Assembly (NCBI GenBank): GCA_950097015.1
Contig: CATNEN010000001.1
Location: 11,966,001 to 12,030,000 of the forward strand
From: Macrostomum hystrix
Lineage: Eukaryota; Animalia; Platyhelminthes
Direction: 5' to 3'
Length of the DNA stretch: 64,000 nt
The position numbers and the translations under genes are program-made. Below are positions 61,461-64,000 of the stretch, in pieces (position 1 is the first letter of the stretch; every line of letters begins with the position of its first letter). The notes beneath the pieces are model-generated. The model did no database searches and was not told the origin of the DNA. It was given only the letters and a program-made list of their open reading frames with translations.

Positions 61461-62091
61461 TAAGGGATTGAGGTTAGATAATATTTTCGGATCGATCAGG
61501 TAGTAGAGAGGCTAAATAGATAATGATTATAGATATTACTGGTGATGAGCAGTAAGACCCAAATTCTTAGCAGTATTTTACTGATTTAAAATTTCTCAGT
61601 CTGGAAGATACCTTTCAAGGAATTAATTATCTTGCGCACAAGTGGAATAGATATTGAGAGACAATATTGAGATCAGTATTCGAATGCACAGACTACAAGC
61701 GGAATCGGGGTTGCACGGGACTGGCCAACTGGCGAACGGGAGGGGTGAAGGGCTGCAGGGAGTGGAGAGGCTGGTCGGCGGTTTAAAAAACGGCAAGCCG
61801 GATTTGTTCAATAGAAGGAAACTTGTCAGAAGAATAATAGCTTCTAAATCCATCTGCTTGAATGACAATCATTTTTTTCTCTATATTTTTCTGAGCACCG
61901 GAGTGTAAAACTTATTGAAGCCTGCAGACACGGTCATTGTTGGTGAGTGTTTGATTTGGCTTTTTACCTATTGTGTGTATTTAATGACACAGGAAAGCAC
62001 AGAGTTAACAGAAAGTTTTGTGGACTCCATAGAAAGCATACTCAAGGCTAGTTAAAAAGCCACTGCCCTGAGGCCCATATTTAGACCAACA

Positions 62092-63330
62092 GAGTACTGA
62101 GGTCGCCTAGTATTTTTAGAATCCACCACCCCTCCGGTCACCTTTTTAGTCTAATGGCACAAGTATTACAACTTTGTATACAAAGTTGTGGCTAAAATGG
62201 TGTATACAAAGCCAAGGCTCAGAAATATAAAATACATTTTACACTTCGAAAACTAGACTCGGTTGCCGTCGTCGATCAACAACTCCGTAACAGCCATGCC
62301 CTTACGTCTGAACAACAACAGCCATGCCACTAAAGTGCGCGGTATCTAATTGCAATAACTGCGTTTCTGATGCATCTGTATCCTTCTTTCGTCTGCCTTT
62401 CAAGGACTTCCTTACACAATGCAATCAATGTACGTACGGCTACAGTCCTGTACAGAAATAAAGTCTTGAGGACGTTTTAAGCATACATGGTATTCGTCCA
62501 GGCTACATTAGCTACTTGTACGAGCTATTTTTCTATGTATACTCGTATTTCTGAGCATTGGCTTGTACAGACCATTCTATACTCAGCAACAGCTAAAACC
62601 CCCCCCGAACTCACGCTGTCACACGGGCACAAAAGTTAAGCAATGTCTTTAATTCTAGTCTCAGTATCGTGTGTAGGAACCACGAGCATGCAAAAGTGCC
62701 GTGACTCGTCGTGGCATCCTGATCACCAGCCGGTTGATGAACTAACTCTTGGGGCAGCTGCTGCCAGGCATTCAGCACCGCCAGTCGCAACTGTTCAGCA
62801 TTCTGTGGGGCATCCTGCTGAACTCTTCGCTTTACAAAGTCCCAGACATGCTCGATGGGGTTCATGTCTGGAGACTTTGACGGCCTGTTCAATGTGCGAA
62901 TGCCGAGCTGCTCCTTCAGCAGCTGCACGTGTGCTGCTCGATGTGGCGCAGCGTTGTCGTCTTGAAGCATGCAGTTCTGCGTGCACCCTCTTGCACCCTA
63001 CTCTTTAACTAGTGATGGTTTACCATTGCGCAATGCAGCCACCAGTGGGTTGAGTTGCGCCACCCCCTCCCCAAATCCCCCATGCCGCACTTTGCGCTCG
63101 CGTCTGGCGGCGGCAGCCAATTTACACATTTCTGAGTCACCGATGGCATACAAAACTTTTGGGCCGTGTGACAGCGTGAGTTGGGGGGGTTTAGCTGTTG
63201 CTGAGTATAGCCAAAACTTGTGCCATAGACTAAAAAGCTTGGTGACCGGAGGGGGTGGGTGGATTCTAAAATCGGCTTCAGATTTTCGTCCTTATTGGCA
63301 CTCTAATCTATACTAGACGACCCAGTACTC
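62092..63330. mobile_element. Imperfect inverted repeats (62092-62164 / 63216-63330), possible DNA-transposon ends
   Basis: GAGTACTGAGGTCGCCTAGTA...TTTTAGAATCCACC.CCCCTCCGGTCACC...TTTTTAGTCTA.TGGCACAAGT is matched in reverse complement on the right. Confidence 0.55.
62640..62975 (-). pseudogene. Tc1-family (DD34E) transposase C-terminal fragment
   Basis: LQDDNAAPHRA...NRPSKSPDMNPIEHVWDFVKRRV. Confidence 0.88.
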
Positions 63331-63829
63331 ATTAGTTAGAATGCTTGAATATAGTTTGAGTTTTTGTTTTCTTGTAGTTGATCGTAACTCGCAAAAACAC
63401 ACTGGCTTCATTTTTTTGCTTTAAAGCCTTTGTTTACAAATTTAAAATATTTTATTAGCCTAAAATTAATATCATGCATGCTACTGCATTTCTATCGCCG
63501 TTTTGAAATCGAATCGTTCAGCCTTGTTACCAAAATGAAATAAACAAAAATTCTGTGCAAATGTGCAAACTCGTGGTTAATAAAATAGTAGAAAGACCTA
63601 TTTTAGCTCCTACTCCGTGTACCCACGGCCTACTTCACGTGAGCTCCCAAACCAAATGACCAATTTTCTTGAAAAGTCCACCATGTGAATCCAAATTTTC
63701 TGCCCTTTTCGAACTAACTTTCAACATTCGACGTCAGCATTGCTTGAGTATTTTTAGGGATACAGAAAAAAACGTCGGTATTTGAAATATCCCCCTGTGC
63801 TCTTGCAATTGTTACTGGGTAATGATTGA

Positions 63830-64000
63830 AGCTGGCATAATCAGGTTGTTAGATCTCTAGAAATCTAATAGGAAGGTCGGGAGTTCGATTTTCAGCCCAC
63901 GGAATGCTATTTGTGTCAGCTTTCAGCATTAGCTGGGATAGAAATTTGGATAGGTGCAGGGGCCGCCACAGTCCATGGACTGAACGGTTGAAAAACAGTG
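63830..64000 (+). mobile_element. Possible tRNA-derived SINE head
   Basis: A-box-like TGGCATAATCAGG (63833) and B-box-like GAGTTCGATTT (63881) at Pol III spacing; no intact cloverleaf. Confidence 0.45.

Noticed and set aside
63830-63900. tRNA gene
   Set aside because: A and B boxes are present but no acceptor or anticodon stems could be formed; treated as a possible SINE head.

Overview
Repeat-rich eukaryotic (animal) genomic DNA. It has GT-AG introns, many minisatellites and nested transposons, and no bacterial features or CRISPR. The composition would fit an invertebrate such as the flatworm Macrostomum, but that is inference only. The first 7 kb holds two spliced minus-strand genes that the ORF track fragments. 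One is the 5' part of a Gab/DOS-like PH-domain adaptor with an array of YRxPP motifs. The other is a complete 3-exon, 898-aa gene joining a P-loop NTPase to a C-terminal PD-(D/E)xK nuclease-like motif (Crinkler/CR-effector-like architecture). 9.7-34.7 kb is a stack of retroelements: an RTE-type LINE; a LOA-type LINE interrupted by a very young full-length Gypsy and by a truncated I-group LINE; a Mag-type LTR remnant; and an Ingi/I-group LINE. 29-61.5 kb is a mosaic tandem segmental duplication with a period of about 14.5 kb, built from unique blocks separated by satellites. It carries two paralogues of a small secreted-protein gene whose promoter, signal peptide and 3' flank are nearly identical while the mature peptides are highly divergent. 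The NTPase-nuclease gene and this hypervariable secreted family are the most interesting observations.
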